Assembly (NCBI GenBank): GCA_951406725.2
Contig: OX597820.1
Location: 88,660,001 to 88,724,000 of the forward strand
Direction: 5' to 3'
Length of the DNA stretch: 64,000 nucleotides
From: Octopus vulgaris
Lineage: Eukaryota
A program made the translations under genes and the position numbers. The notes beneath the pieces were generated by a model. The model saw only the letters and a list, made by a program, of their open reading frames with translations. It ran no database searches and was not told the origin of the DNA. This document shows positions 41,689-55,510 of the stretch, one piece after another. Every line of letters begins with the position of its first letter. The stretch's first letter is position 1.

Positions 41689-41765
41689 TCAGATGGCTTT
41701 AGTCCCATGTTATTGAGCAGTTACTGTCTACTCTTTTAGAATTATTATTGCTGTCGAACAGATTT

Positions 41766-41813
<48 letters not shown>

Positions 41814-41830
41814 GATGGCTTTAGTCCTGT

Positions 41831-41865
<35 letters not shown>

Positions 41866-41935
41866 GTGTGTGTGTGTGTGTGTGGGTGTGTATATATATG
41901 TATATATATATATACATATATACACACACCCCCCC

Positions 41936-41986
<51 letters not shown>

Positions 41987-42002
41987 AGATGCGCTCGCGA
42001 TG

Positions 42003-42155
42003 GCCTTCTTTCAGTTTCCGTCTACCAAATCCATTCACAAGGTTTTGGTCAGCCCGACGCTTTACTAGGAGACACTTGCCAAAGTTGTCACATAATGGGA
42101 CGGAACCCAAGACAGCATGGTTGGGAAGCAAACTTTTTACCCACACACCCACGCC
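42003..42155 (-). mobile_element. SINE family A, 5' half
   Basis: ttctttcagtttccgtctaccaaatcc..cacttgcc..ggttgggaagcaaac. Confidence 0.75.
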
Positions 42156-43133
42156 AGTCAAAGACGTTCCATCCATAGGCATCTTCTTTTATACGGTATA
42201 GAATACCTGGGACTACGTTATACAATGCTCTTTTTTTTAAATGGCAACAGTGTAATATGAGAAAGATTTGGTTGTTTTTACTAGCAGATCAAATGACGTC
42301 CATAGTGGATGTTGTCACTGCTACGTAACCCAAGGTCACTCCTGACTCAATGGACATTACAATTGTGACCACCCTGTCTTTTACCAAAGTACAATAGAGT
42401 GTATCCAGCTCCAGGGCCCCAATATATCCTTTGTTTTTCTAAGACCCCACAATGTTCGGCGGGAGTTATTTAGCTGTTATTTCTTCCAGGTCAAATGACT
42501 ACATAGAGTTCTATCATAGTGGGAGAGTGGTATCAACGTTGTTGTTGCAGGTGTTGTGCACACAAAGACGTTCTAACTATGACCATCTCGTCTTTCTCTA
42601 TATCTAGGAAAGACTGTACTGGTCAATGTGTCATTTGTCTTTTAAGACGGTAGAGAGAGATTTGAGGGAATTTCGCTCACTATTTCTAGCAGATGGTTTG
42701 GTTATGGTAGGTGGATTGGTAGTAGGAACGGTGGTAGTAGTGGTGGTAATGGCCGTTGTAGTGGTACTAGTTGTGGTAGTGGAGCTTGTGGTGGAGGTGG
42801 TTGTTAGTGGTAGAGGTGGTGATAATGGTTGTTGTGGTAGCAGTGGCAGTGGCTGTGGTAGGTTGGTAGTTGGTGGTAGTGGTAGTAGTTGTGGTGATGG
42901 TAGTAGTAGCTGGTGGTCATGGTTAGAATGGCAGTAGTGCTAGTGTTGGCGATAGAGGTGGTATAGGTGGTAGTATTGGGATTGTACTGAGAGCGGTGGT
43001 GGTGTTTGTAGTGAGGGTGGTGTTTCTAGTAAGGGTGTTGGTTAGGTTGTAGTGATGTTACTAGTAAAAACAGGGGTGGCGAAGTTGATAGAGATGGTGC
43101 TCTCGACAACGACATTAAGTCATAACGCCATCA

Positions 43134-43310
43134 AATGCATAGACATCCTCATCATCGGCAGCAGTAGCAGCAACAGCAACAATGGCATCATCATCATCAT
43201 CACTATCACCGTCAGACGCATCATCATCACAAATACATTCATCATCGTTATCCTTGTCATGATGATTGTCAACACTATCACCATCCCCTTCATCATCCTC
43301 ATCCTCATCC

Positions 43311-43349
<39 letters not shown>

Positions 43350-43384
43350 CCATCACCACCATCATCATCATCATCATCATCATC

Positions 43385-43446
<62 letters not shown>

Positions 43447-43626
43447 CATCATCATCATCATCCTCATCATCATCATCATCATCCTCATCATCATCCTCAT
43501 CATCACCATCACCACCATCATCATCATCATCATCATAATCATCATCACCACCACCACCGTCATCATCATCATCATCATCACCATCACCACCATCATCATC
43601 ATCATCATCATCACCATCACCACCAC

Positions 43627-43674
<48 letters not shown>

Positions 43675-43860
43675 CCTCCTCCTCATCATCATCATCCTCA
43701 TCATCATCATCATCATCCTCATCATCATCCTCATCATCACCATCACCACCATCATCATCATCATCATCATAATCATCATCACCACCACCACCGTCATCAT
43801 CATCATCATCATCACCATCACCACCATCATCATCATCATCATCATCACCATCACCACCAC

Positions 43861-43911
<51 letters not shown>

Positions 43912-44013
43912 CCTCATCATCATCATCATCCTCATCATCATCATCATCATCCTCATCATCATCCTCATCATCACCATCACCACCATCATCATCATCATTA
44001 TCATAATCATCAT

Positions 44014-44045
<32 letters not shown>

Positions 44046-44115
44046 TCACCATCACCACCATCATCATCATCATCATCACCATCACCACCACCATCATCAC
44101 CATCACCACCATCAC

Positions 44116-44180
<65 letters not shown>

Positions 44181-44951
44181 CTGTCATCATCATCATCACC
44201 ACCACCACCATCGCCGCCGCCTCCACCAAAACCATCATTACCAACCTAATCCCCATGACCATTATTGCCATCATTATCGTCATCATCCTCCGTCACCACC
44301 GCCGTCATCGTCATCATTATCATCACCATCATTACCAGCATCATAACTACTGCTACTATCATCATCATCATCTTCATCATCTCTCACCTCCACCAACACC
44401 ACCACAACCACCACCACCACCACCATCATCATGCAATCACAACAACCACCACCACCACCACTCACACCATCGTCATCGTCCTCATCACCTTACCTTAACC
44501 TTCAACACCGCCACCACCATCATCACCACTACCACCACCACCACCCTCACAACCATCACTAAAACCATAGCCATCTCCATCAACCGCTATAACCACCACC
44601 GCCACCACCACCAACGTTACCATCAGCACCACTATGACCATCACAGCCATCACCATTACCATCAACTGCCATAACCACCACCACCACTACCACCGCCATC
44701 ATCACCACCAGCAACGGTACCGTTATTAATTCCATCACCACACCCAGCGCCATTCAACCACCAGCACCACCACCAGCACCACCACCACCACAATCACCAT
44801 CAGCATCGCAAACACCAACACTAGCTCCACAGCCACCACTGCCACTGCCACCACCACCAACAACAACAACAACCAGCACATCACCACCACCACCACCACC
44901 ACTACCACCACCACCAACAACAACAACAACAACCAGCACAGCACCACCACC

Positions 44952-44983
<32 letters not shown>

Positions 44984-45150
44984 CAACAACAACTAGCACA
45001 GCACCACCACCACCACCACCACCACCACCACCATAACCACCACCACCACTACCACTACCACCAACACCAACAACAACAACAACCAGCACAGCACCACCAC
45101 CACCACCACCACCACCACCACCACTACCACCACCACCACCACCGCCAACA
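43134..45150. repeat. (CAT)n/(CAC)n/(CAA)n low-complexity tract with higher-order periodicity
   Basis: Direct reading; landmark cataatc recurs near 43534, 43768 and 44003. Confidence 0.9.
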
Positions 45151-45872
45151 GTTAAACAGTGTTGATACTATCACTACGCCAATTCTCTATAAACAGAGGC
45201 AGCAGTGAGAAAGAGGAAAACCAGAAGTGACAATCTGAACAAAACATCTGGAACACTAATTCCTCCTCTTCCTCCTCCTCCTCCTCCCCCCTCCTTCTTC
45301 GCTGCTCGCCTGCATCACCTCCTCCTCCATCCATCCATCCATCCATTCTTTACAACAAGACGCACCTGTTACTCTCTTCTCTCTCTCTTCTCTCTCTCTC
45401 TCGATCTCTCTCTCCCTCTCTCTCTTTTTCTATAACACTCTTTATCGCTTTTTTTTTCTCTCCTTTTTATTTTTCATTCTCTTTTGATTTCTTGCTTTCT
45501 CGCTTTATTTCTCTCTCTTTCCCCTCTCTCAATTTCTCTCCCTCTTTCACTCTCTCATTTTCTCTCTCTCTTTTCTCTCTCTTTCTCTGTCATGCTGTCT
45601 TTCTCTCTCTCTTTCCTTCTTTTCTTTTCTTATTTCTAGCATCTCTTTTTCTCCCTTTATTTCTTCCGTTTCTTTTTTTGCTTTTCTCTCTCTCCCCACT
45701 CTCTCCCTTGTTTTTTCTCTCTTTTTCGCCCTCGTTTCTTCTCTCTTTCTCTCTCTCTCTCTAACACTCCCTTTATCTCTTTTCCTCCTTTTATTCCGAT
45801 TCTTTTTCCTTTCTTTCTCTCTCTCTCCTTCTCCTTAACATGTTCTCTTTATCTTTATCTTTCCCATTCTTG

Positions 45873-45903
<31 letters not shown>

Positions 45904-46610
45904 TCCCTTACATGTTCTTGCCCTCTTTATATCTCTCATTCCATCTTTCTCTCCTTCCCTCCTCGCTCTCTCACTCTCTCTCTTTCTCTCTCTTCCTCCC
46001 TTGCATGTTCTTGCCCTCTTTATATCTCTCATTCCATCTTTCTCTCCTTCCCTCCTCGCTCTCTCTCTCTCTCTCTCTATCTCTCTCTTGGTCTCTCTGT
46101 CATTTCTTCACTACCTTTTTTACTCTTTTTTTGTTTTGTTTTGTGTATTCTTTTAATTTTCTGATTTATTTTAAGCTTTACGAGATCCAATATCTCTTGG
46201 AGATATTTCTCACAGTCAACACCGCCATCCTTAAATAACATTACACACCACCACCATCACCACCACCATCACTACCACTACCACCACCACCTCAACCACC
46301 GCCACAAACAACCACTGGCATCGCAACAACCACCACCATCACAATAGCCATCACGCTCTCACAACAACAAACCAACATCTGTACCATCACCGCCATCATC
46401 ATCATCATCACCAGTAACATCACAACAGCCACTACTATACAATCACATCTGATGCTGCTCGTTCCACCAACATCACCTCCACCACTATTACCACTACTAC
46501 TACCACTACCACCACTACTGAATAATTTTCATTGAGATTCTATAGCCTTCGCCCCTTTTCTCTCTTTGTCCCTTTCTTTCAATCACTCTCCTCCCTCTTT
46601 CTCTCTCTGA

Positions 46611-46655
<45 letters not shown>

Positions 46656-46681
46656 CAACTCTCTCTCGCTCTGACTCTTTC

Positions 46682-46732
<51 letters not shown>

Positions 46733-46737
46733 GCCTG

Positions 46738-46800
<63 letters not shown>

Positions 46801-46838
46801 GTCTGTCTGTCTGTCTATTTATCTATCCATCTATCCAA

Positions 46839-46876
<38 letters not shown>

Positions 46877-46936
46877 CTCTATCTACCCATGTACCTATCT
46901 ATCTTTCTGTCTGTCTGTCTGTTTATCTATCTATCC

Positions 46937-46992
<56 letters not shown>

Positions 46993-47167
46993 ATATGTGT
47001 GTGTGTGTATTACTTACAACCAAAGTAAACGGGCGCGATGGCGCACACATACATAAACGTGCATAAACACGCATACGCTCGCGCTTACAGTGGCACACAC
47101 ACACACACACACGTGCATACACACTGCAAAAATATATTTATGTATATATGTGTGCATGTATGTACAT

Positions 47168-47331
47168 AGGCGCAGGAGTGGCTGTGCGGTAAGTAGCTTG
47201 CTAACCAACCACATGGTTCCGGGTTCAGTCCCACTTCGTGGCATCTTGGGCAAGTGTCCTCTACGATAGCCCCGGGCCGACCAATGCCTTCTGAGTGGAT
47301 TTGGTAGACGGAAACTAAAAGAAGCTTGTCG

Positions 47332-47363
<32 letters not shown>

Positions 47364-47584
47364 TGTGTGTGTTTGTGTGTCTGTGTTTGTCCCCCTAGCA
47401 TTGCTTGACAACCGATGCTGGTGTGTTTACGTCCCCGTCACTTAGCGGTTCGGCAAAAGAGACCGATAGAATGAGTACTGGGCTTACAAAGAATAAGTCC
47501 TGGGTGTCGATTTGCTCGACTAAAGGCGGTGCTCCAGCATGGCCGCAGTCAAATGACTGAAACACGTAAAAAGAGAGTAAAAAG
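47168..47584 (+). mobile_element. SINE family A, near-consensus copy
   Basis: Nearly identical to 19566-20005. Confidence 0.9.
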
Positions 47585-47761
47585 AGATCTGTATGATTAC
47601 GGATATTTTACTGTTGTGTTTCCCCTTCCTATATGCATACACATAATTGTGTATACGTACGTACGTTTGTTTGTTTGTTTGTATGTATGTATGTATGTAT
47701 GTATGTATAGAGACAGAGAGAGAGAGAAAGATATCAAGCGGGGAGGAAGGGTGGAAATATT

Positions 47762-47980
47762 CTTTTCTACTCTAGGCACAAAGCCCGAAATTTTAGGGAA
47801 GGGGGCCCAGTCGGTTAGATCGCCCCCAGTACGCAACTGGTACTTAATTCATCGATCCCGAAAGGATGAAAGGCAAAGTCGACCTCGGCGGAATTTGAAC
47901 TCAGAACATAAAGACAGCCGAAATACCGCTAAGTATTTCGCCCGGCGTGCTAACGATTCTGCCAGCTCGCCGCCTTAAGA
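47762..47980 (-). mobile_element. SINE family C with 11-bp TSD
   Basis: TSD gtggaaatatt at 47751-47761 and 47981-47991. Confidence 0.9.
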
Positions 47981-48367
47981 GTGGAAATATTGTAAAAGAA
48001 AGGGGGGGGGTATATATATATACCGCTTACAAAAGTGACGGGTGAATATTTATTCTAAGGCTAAATATGTTCTTTGTTACAACCAAGAGTTTCATAAAAA
48101 TCTGAGTAGCAACAGTAATTTCAACACCGCCATAAATGTTTCTCTCTCTATATATATATATATATCTATCTATCTCTCTCCATCCCTCCCCTCTTTCCCT
48201 CTCTCCTTCTCTCTCCTTCTAATCTATCTCTCTCTATGTATATATCTTTCTCTTTCTTCCTTTCCCTCTCTACATATATATACTATTTCTAAAAATGTAT
48301 ACGTGCATGTATATTTTGCCTGTGTGTATATATATATATATATATATTTATAAATATGTATACGTGC

Positions 48368-48405
<38 letters not shown>

Positions 48406-48536
48406 CATCCTGTACCCATGTATGCATATGTATAAACATACATATGTAAGTATGTACATATATGTATATATGTATATATATATTATTTATATTATTATAT
48501 GATTGAACGCCACGCATCCATTTCCAAGTAAGTTCA

Positions 48537-48592
<56 letters not shown>

Positions 48593-48759
48593 CACACTGT
48601 GTGTATATATTTGCATGTGTGTATGTCTGTGTATGTATATATGCAGGTATACATGTATGTTTGCATGTATATCTGTACATATGTATATGTATATACGTGT
48701 GTATGTGCATGTGTGTGTTTCTCTCTGTCTGTCTGGTCTCTCTCTCCCTCTCTCCCTCT

Positions 48760-48799
<40 letters not shown>

Positions 48800-48928
48800 C
48801 TTATTTCACACATATATATTTATATATTCGGAGAAAAAAAAGAGAAAAGGGAAAGAAAGAGAGTATGTGAGAGAGAGAAAGAGAGTGTGTGAGAGAGAGA
48901 GAGACAGAGAGACAGACAGACAGACTGT

Positions 48929-48978
<50 letters not shown>

Positions 48979-49622
48979 GGCAGAGACAGGGAGAGCGTAG
49001 AGCGTATGAGCCTAATTAAATAGAGGAATGAGAGGGGGAAGTGAGTAAAGATTTGCCTGCCAAGTGGCTTGATAAGCAAGACGGCTTACAGCAGACGACG
49101 GCAGGAATGCTGAGAGTTGCCAAGTGAAAAATCTTGCCAAGGAAAAAAAAAAAAAAAAAAAAAAAATCTTCAAATTCATTTCATTAAAGCAATATAGATC
49201 ACACGTGGTTGGTGCTGACATCTGCATCATCCAAGTGCACCATCAGTTCATTTTACATGGTTTATATTTGGGTAGCTGTGAATGTTTACTGAATTGTGCA
49301 GATGTGCCTGTGTGGTAAAAAAACTTTGGTTTCACAACCATGCATTGTGGCTTCGAGTTAGTTGCAGTCCTACCGAGCGGCATCTTGCGGTATAGTGTCT
49401 TCTGCTAAAATCCCAGCGCCGATCAATGATTTGTAAGTGAAATTTGGTCATGAGAAATTGTACGTAAGCCACTCGACGTGGGTGTGTGGTAAGAAGCTTG
49501 CTTCCCAACCACATGGTTTCGGGTTCAGTCCCACTGCGTTACACTTTGGTTAAGTGTCTTCTACTAGCCTTAAGACTCAGTTGAATTGGGTACTTAAGTT
49601 GAGGCATCCTTGTAAATTATTT

Positions 49623-49700
<78 letters not shown>

Positions 49701-49701
<1 letters not shown>

Positions 49702-50662
49702 TAGCATTAAAGACCCGTCGTTGCCGGGTCATAGTGCTAGTGCATGTATATATGTGTATATATAAAAATTTTTTCCGGGACATCCTACCTCCCATATATA
49801 AAGGTAAAAATAAAATATTTCTACTTTGCAAGTTCGAGTCGAGTACTCCCTTGCACGCTCCGTTGACTCGAACCTTGCTTCTATTGTGGCGAATTTACCG
49901 CCTCTGATTAGATACCTTTCATAGTCGCACCAAGACACTTTTCGAAGGTGCTTTCCTCCATGTGTTCAAATCTTCTTTTTTCTCTACATTGTATACTTTA
50001 TAGCCAATAGTCTTTTCTTTAATTTAATTTTTTATTATCCATCTGGACTATTCCATTTCTGCACGCTAATTTTATTTTTAACTTAATTCCATTTCTGCAT
50101 GCTAATTTTATTTTTAATTTATTCCCATTCATGTGAAACCACTTATTCAAGTTCAAGTCATTGATGCAATTTTTACTTTTGTTATGTTACGATTATATTA
50201 TACTTTAGTTTGATTTTAATTATTACTTACTACATATAATTCAATTGTTATTATTTTTTTTTTTTTTTGTTAAAGTGAAAGTATCTGACATAAAATAGAG
50301 AAATGTTTTTGTTTCACTTTTAACACGTAATACTGAAATAGTGGAGAAGATATGATATTGCTATGGGCTCGCTCTAGGCAAGAAGTTGAACTTTTTTTTG
50401 TCCATGAAACTACATGGACCCTAAGTAAGGCATGTGTAAAATTTGAATGAAATTGATTGTGTAGTTCTCAAGTTTTAGGGAATCGTAGTGGAGAAGATAT
50501 GATATTGCTGTGGGCTCGCCCTAGGCAAAAAGTTAAGCATTTTTTTGCCGATGACACTCCCCGGACCCTAAGTGAGGCATGTGTAAAATCTGAATGAAAT
50601 TGGTTGTGTAGTTCTCAAGTTTTAGGGAAACACACAGACAGACAGACACACATTCTCAGTTT

Positions 50663-50668
<6 letters not shown>
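49701..50668 (-). mobile_element. Non-autonomous Helitron-like element
   Basis: The minus strand ends GACCCG gcaacga CGGGTC tttaatg CTAG|T (subterminal hairpin plus CTRR). There is (CTGT)n near the 5' end and an internal tandem duplication of about 147 bp (50339-50630). Confidence 0.75.
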
Positions 50669-50737
<69 letters not shown>

Positions 50738-50767
50738 ATGTATATATGTATGTATGTATTATTTATC

Positions 50768-50971
50768 TTTTCTGCTTTACTTGTTTCAGTCGATAAACTG
50801 CGGCTGTTTTTGCGCATCGCCTTAAAGTTTTTAGCCGAGTAAATCGACCAGTATACTTTTTTTTAAGCTTGGTACTTATTTCGTCGGTATCTTTTGCTAA
50901 AACGCTAAGTTGCCTGGACGTAAACAAACCAACAGGAGTTGTCAGGTGGTGGGAGACAAACACTCATACAC

Positions 50972-51005
<34 letters not shown>

Positions 51006-51169
51006 ATATGACGGGCTTTCACACATATTCTGCCAATCAAATTCATTCATAAAGAGTTGGGCAACTCGGGGTTATAGAAGTCAGAATCTCAAGGTATCGC
51101 GCCGTGACACTGAACCAAAAACCACACGGTAGCAAAGCGAGCGTCTTTAACATGGCCATGCCCACGCCT
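50768..51169 (-). mobile_element. Diverged SINE family A
   Basis: cttgtttcagtc tail, (CA)n and a degenerate head. Confidence 0.7.
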
Positions 51170-51287
51170 ATGTATGTATGTATGTATGTATGTATGTATG
51201 TATGTATGTATGTATGTATGTATGTATGTATGTATGTATCTGTATGTATAAATCTATCTGCCTATCAATCTAATTATATACATATAC

Positions 51288-51485
51288 ATGACCACGTGTG
51301 TATTGTTGGCGATTTGTTTTCTCCGTCTTCCCTTTTTTTGACTTTCTCTATATTTCTGACAAAGAGCTCCGCTCGAACGTGAAATCCTCCTTTTTCTTTC
51401 CTTTCCTGAACGTCCAATAACACTGTACTTATTCCACGTCCTCGCGTTGTTGTGTTTTCTCTTTGATCATGTTTTGATTAACTAC
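51288..51485 (+). mobile_element. Penelope-LTR-like fragment with inactivated HHR (51352-51385)
   Basis: Homologous to 58096-58303. The motif ATTT-CTGACAA-a-GAGC tcc GCTC-GAA-CGTG-AAAT has lost core residues. Confidence 0.6.
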
Positions 51486-51497
51486 ACACCACACACA

Positions 51498-51573
<76 letters not shown>

Positions 51574-51577
<4 letters not shown>

Positions 51578-51872
51578 GGTGTTTCCAAAATTAATGCAAC
51601 CAAACTTTTTCAATTTTGCCAAAGCAAAATATTGTTATATTTCAGGTCTGAATGGTAAAGGAAACATAATTATGACACTACCACATTTATTCGATATGAC
51701 CACATAGGTCGTCAAGGTGTGAATGCTTCACACACGGAACGCAGCTGGTCTTGTCCACTCATGGTGCAGTTTTGCCTTTAGAGAGTCGAACGAAGCATGA
51801 AGAGTGCTCGAGACCCTCGTCTCCAAAATAGACCAAACAGAAAAATCCAATGGGTTTTGATCGGGGATTCTT
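51574..51872 (-). mobile_element. Tc1/mariner-superfamily 3' fragment
   Basis: Minus translation SPDQNPLDFSVWSILETRV..SFDSLKAKLHHEW (SPDLNP motif). Confidence 0.7.
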
Positions 51873-51958
51873 GAACTGGCAGATGATCCGCCTGGGGTTA
51901 AAACGGTTGTAACGCCGAACAGCCATCTCGATGTGGGATAAACGTTATAAATATATGT

Positions 51959-54555
51959 TAGGGTTATAACTTTTTCACAACCAAATAACGCTATACTGTA
52001 ATTCGATGAACAATTTCATGAAAGTCAGAAAACTAACATTTTTTTTGCTTTATTTGAAAAAACGTCACCCTTGGCTTAAGAAACCGATCACCACTTTTGA
52101 CCCAAATCATGCAAAATTCTAGTGGGGTTCATAAAGCCTGCTCAAGTTTTTATCAAACTTGATGTGTTGATTCAATGCAATGCAGAAATACTATATCTGA
52201 AATTTAAGTAGTTTCCGAGTTATGGGCTTTTAAAACTATAATCACTAGGTGGCACTAGATTCACAATTCAGTATTTCCGCTGCCGAAATCCTTGTAAACG
52301 CAAGAGAGATGTGGAATAAAAGTGTATTTTTACATTTTTAAGATTACTGAATTGTAATTGCTCTATCTATGCAAAGGTTCAAAACTAGGTTATTTTAAGA
52401 CAGAGGCTACTACAAGCATTCGATAACGTACAAAATTAAAAACAATACATATTTTTAACTTTATAGGTTTAATTCCAATTTTAGATAACTATATAAGAAA
52501 AAGAATGTTAACAAATTTTTAAACATATGTTTAATATGTTTTGTTAGATAAAATGAACTGAAGCTGAAGTTTCTCCTTTTTGCAAACATCATAAAGATCT
52601 TGAAGGCACTTGATTACCTGCTCTGCACTGATTTGTTCTGGGAATTCCCAGTTTTGAAGGTTCTCGACTCCAAATGTTTTTTACAGAGTGCAATGCTTTT
52701 TTATGAATTTGCAGGCTGCCACATAACTTCTGATAATCATGTGCATGGAACATTTAGTTCCATGAAACAATTGGTTCCAAAGAAACTAAAAATCTGGTCA
52801 AATGAAATAGAAATTTCACGTCATCTCACCATCCTGCTGATTCAGTAATCTTTTCTTCACCATTGTTGAAATTAGCCTGGAGTTCCTCGTAATTACTTAG
52901 AAGCTCTGGGATGAATGCATATTCAATTTTGGGAGAGGATTTTTTTTTTCTCCAGGTTCGTTATCCATCACAACACGAAGAACTCTACCAAAGATATGAT
53001 GCTGACAACCAATAAATTGCGGTTCTTTCAAACTCTTTTGAGCAAACAGTCTTTGCAACTGAATGATAATGCCGTTTCTTTTCCCAGTGTTCACATTCGT
53101 TGTATCAGCAACAGTCATCTTTACACAGTTCCATAAATTGTATAATCTAACACAGTTGTTATTCCTTTCACAACAGTATTGGTTTTTCCCTTTAATAATT
53201 GCAGTGCTTCCAACTTAACTTCTCTGTTCATTCTTTAAAACTAACACTTGGTATTTTTGGTTATCAATACGTTTACCGTCAAAATGCAATGACCAGTTTT
53301 CTAAATGTAGTGTTTTTCTTCATTTCCTTTTTAAGTTTATCAGCTTCTTTGATACTCGATCTGTAAATACCAGATCGAGAAGGAGTTTCGACAATGATCC
53401 CATCTTGAGATAATTGTCGACAAACTGTTGCTGCTTTTTGGGTTGATAGCTTGGAAGATATATCTAACTTGGTTGCAGTTCCAGTTTTGCTATACTTTCT
53501 CCTTGTTTGTGTGGATTCTTCATCTGATTTTTCAGAGTCTTGATATTCACTATTAGTCTCTGCTTCCGACGTTGGCGATGACACTGGAGTTGCTTTCATT
53601 GGCATTAAGGACACTCTTTTCTTTTGGATGGATGGATAGTTTTGGAACTGGCTGTCTTTCCAGTTCCATATCCAGCCTATCCCCCGCTTTCACTTTGAAG
53701 ATAATATAACCTTCTATCCTCACTGCACAGCCATTCACCGTTTTCCTTTGTGATGTCAAAAATTCCTTTCAATCAATCGTATTCTCCTCGTCTGACTCAT
53801 CGTAGATATTCAACACTTTTTCTACTTTTGCTTGTACATTTTGAATTGATAAATATATAGGACATTTATTTTCTTTTGCCATAAAAATGTTACTTCTTTC
53901 GAAATTTCCTTTGTTCTTTAATTCCTTTCTTTGATGGTACCTCAAAGTAACAGGTAGCGACCGACAATTTGAAGTTTCATTGATGTCCTGCAGTTGTTTT
54001 CCAAAGAATGCTCTTCAAGAGGAACAGGTCTTCTTTTCTTATGTGAGCCTTGAAATTGTACGAGATTCTTCGTCCAGATTTTTTTTATTTCTTTGAGTGA
54101 CACAAGCACTACTATTATGAGACATTATTCTAGATATCCAAGTTGGATAAGTCTACTATTCTGAGAAACAGTTAATATAGTCAGAGTTTTTAGCGTTACA
54201 GAAATAGAAAGGAAAGGAAGAGGATATTTCCTAAAGTAGGGCCTAAGTGGTATCAAATAAAAAAAAACTCTATAACTCCTAAACTACTTAAACTTGAAAA
54301 CTGAAATTTGAGATATATTGCTTTTGCATTGCATTAAGTCAGCACACCAAGTTTGTAAAAACTTCAGTAGGCATTATGAACCCACCTAGAATTTTGCATG
54401 ACTTGGGTCAAAAGTGGTGTTAGATTCCTTCAGTTGGGGGTGATGTGTTTTTAAAAAACTTTATATAAAGTTTATTTTCTCTACTCATATAAAGTTGTTC
54501 ATCGACATTTAATACAGGAAATTGTTTACTAAAAATAACAAAATGCATAACCCTA
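51959..54555 (-). mobile_element. Decayed hAT-type (probably hATm-like) DNA transposon, both ends present
   Basis: Termini TAGGGTTAT..ATAACCCTA. Long imperfect inverted repeats (52089-52222 vs 54272-54419). Flanks atatatgt/atatatat (7/8 TSD). Transposase remnants WSLHFDGK, ADTTNVNTGKRNG and GCQHH (CxxH). The subfamily name is from recollection. Confidence 0.75.
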
Positions 54556-54621
54556 ATATATATATATATATATATATGAATAAATGAAAGAATGGAGTCG
54601 AACGAAGATTTTAACAAAATT

Positions 54622-54716
54622 CCTTTACTCTCGACACATGTTTCGAAGACGGCATACTTTTAATTCCGAAGGAATAAATGGTGCATTATGCCATCTTCTC
54701 ATCAGGAAAGATAAGG
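54622..54716 (-). ncRNA. Type-I hammerhead ribozyme, canonical core (mirror copy)
   Basis: Reverse complement of 55114-55208. Confidence 0.8.
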
Positions 54717-55113
54717 ATCCTCTTTCAGCCACAAGACGAACAAAAACTTTTGATGATTTCCTACATGGTGTCCACAGTGATAATGAGTTTTTAAAAATAA
54801 TCCGTTATAATCAATGACGTCAAAAATGGGTAGAAGGAGGAATAATTAAAAACAGTTAGGGGACAATATGTATGCTGCATACATATTGTCCCCTAATACA
54901 CCAACATCGGTTTGAGAGAGAAAGAATATGTTTGAGTATTTCTAAACACATGCAGCATACATATTGTCCCCTAACTGTTTTTAATTCTTCCTCCTTCTAT
55001 CCATTTTTGACGTCATTGCTTATAACGGATTATTTTAAAAAACTCATTATCACTGTGGACACCATGTAGGAAATCATCAAAATATTTTGTTCGTCTTGTG
55101 GCTGAAAGAGGTT

Positions 55114-55208
55114 CCTTATCTTTCCTGATGAGAAGATGGCATAATGCACCATTTATTCCTTCGGAATTAAAAGTATGCCGTCTTCGAAACATGTGTCGAG
55201 AGTAAAGG
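55114..55208 (+). ncRNA. Type-I hammerhead ribozyme, canonical core, GUC site
   Basis: ccttatCTTTC-CTGATGA-GAAGATGGCATA..TATGCCGTCTTC-GAAA-CATGT-GTC-GAGAGtaaagg. 12-bp helix II, extended helix I with an internal loop, ACATGT palindrome, predicted cut after 55197. Confidence 0.8.
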
Positions 55209-55396
55209 AATTTTGTTAAAATCTTCGTTCGACTCCATTCTTTCATTTATTTATATAAAAAACACACAAATTTCCACACGAGAACCCGGAGTATCTACCC
55301 TTAACAGGTCGCTTCAACCGTGTTTTCTGACGTAAATTTGCTACCCAGGTATCGGTTAACCGAATTTTCCATGCTAGGATAATTTATTCACCTACT

Positions 55397-55504
<108 letters not shown>

Positions 55505-55510
55505 TATATA

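Larger units (their letters stand above)
54579..55251. repeat. 302-bp-arm inverted repeat (Penelope-LTR-like fold-back) with nested 20-bp palindrome
   Basis: 54579-54880 is the reverse complement of 54950-55251 (about 7 mismatches by eye; mirrored ORFs 54584+ and 55246-). Nested palindrome at 54856-54896. Confidence 0.95.

Noticed and set aside
43052-44674. 540-aa ORF, the longest in the window, and its antisense ORFs
   Set aside because: Pure trinucleotide-repeat translation (poly-I/T/H, poly-D, poly-M) with no domain or splice evidence.
54584-55246. Twin 77-aa ORFs MKEWSRTKIL.. on opposite strands
   Set aside because: They only mirror the inverted repeat and are antisense to the hammerhead; no coding evidence.
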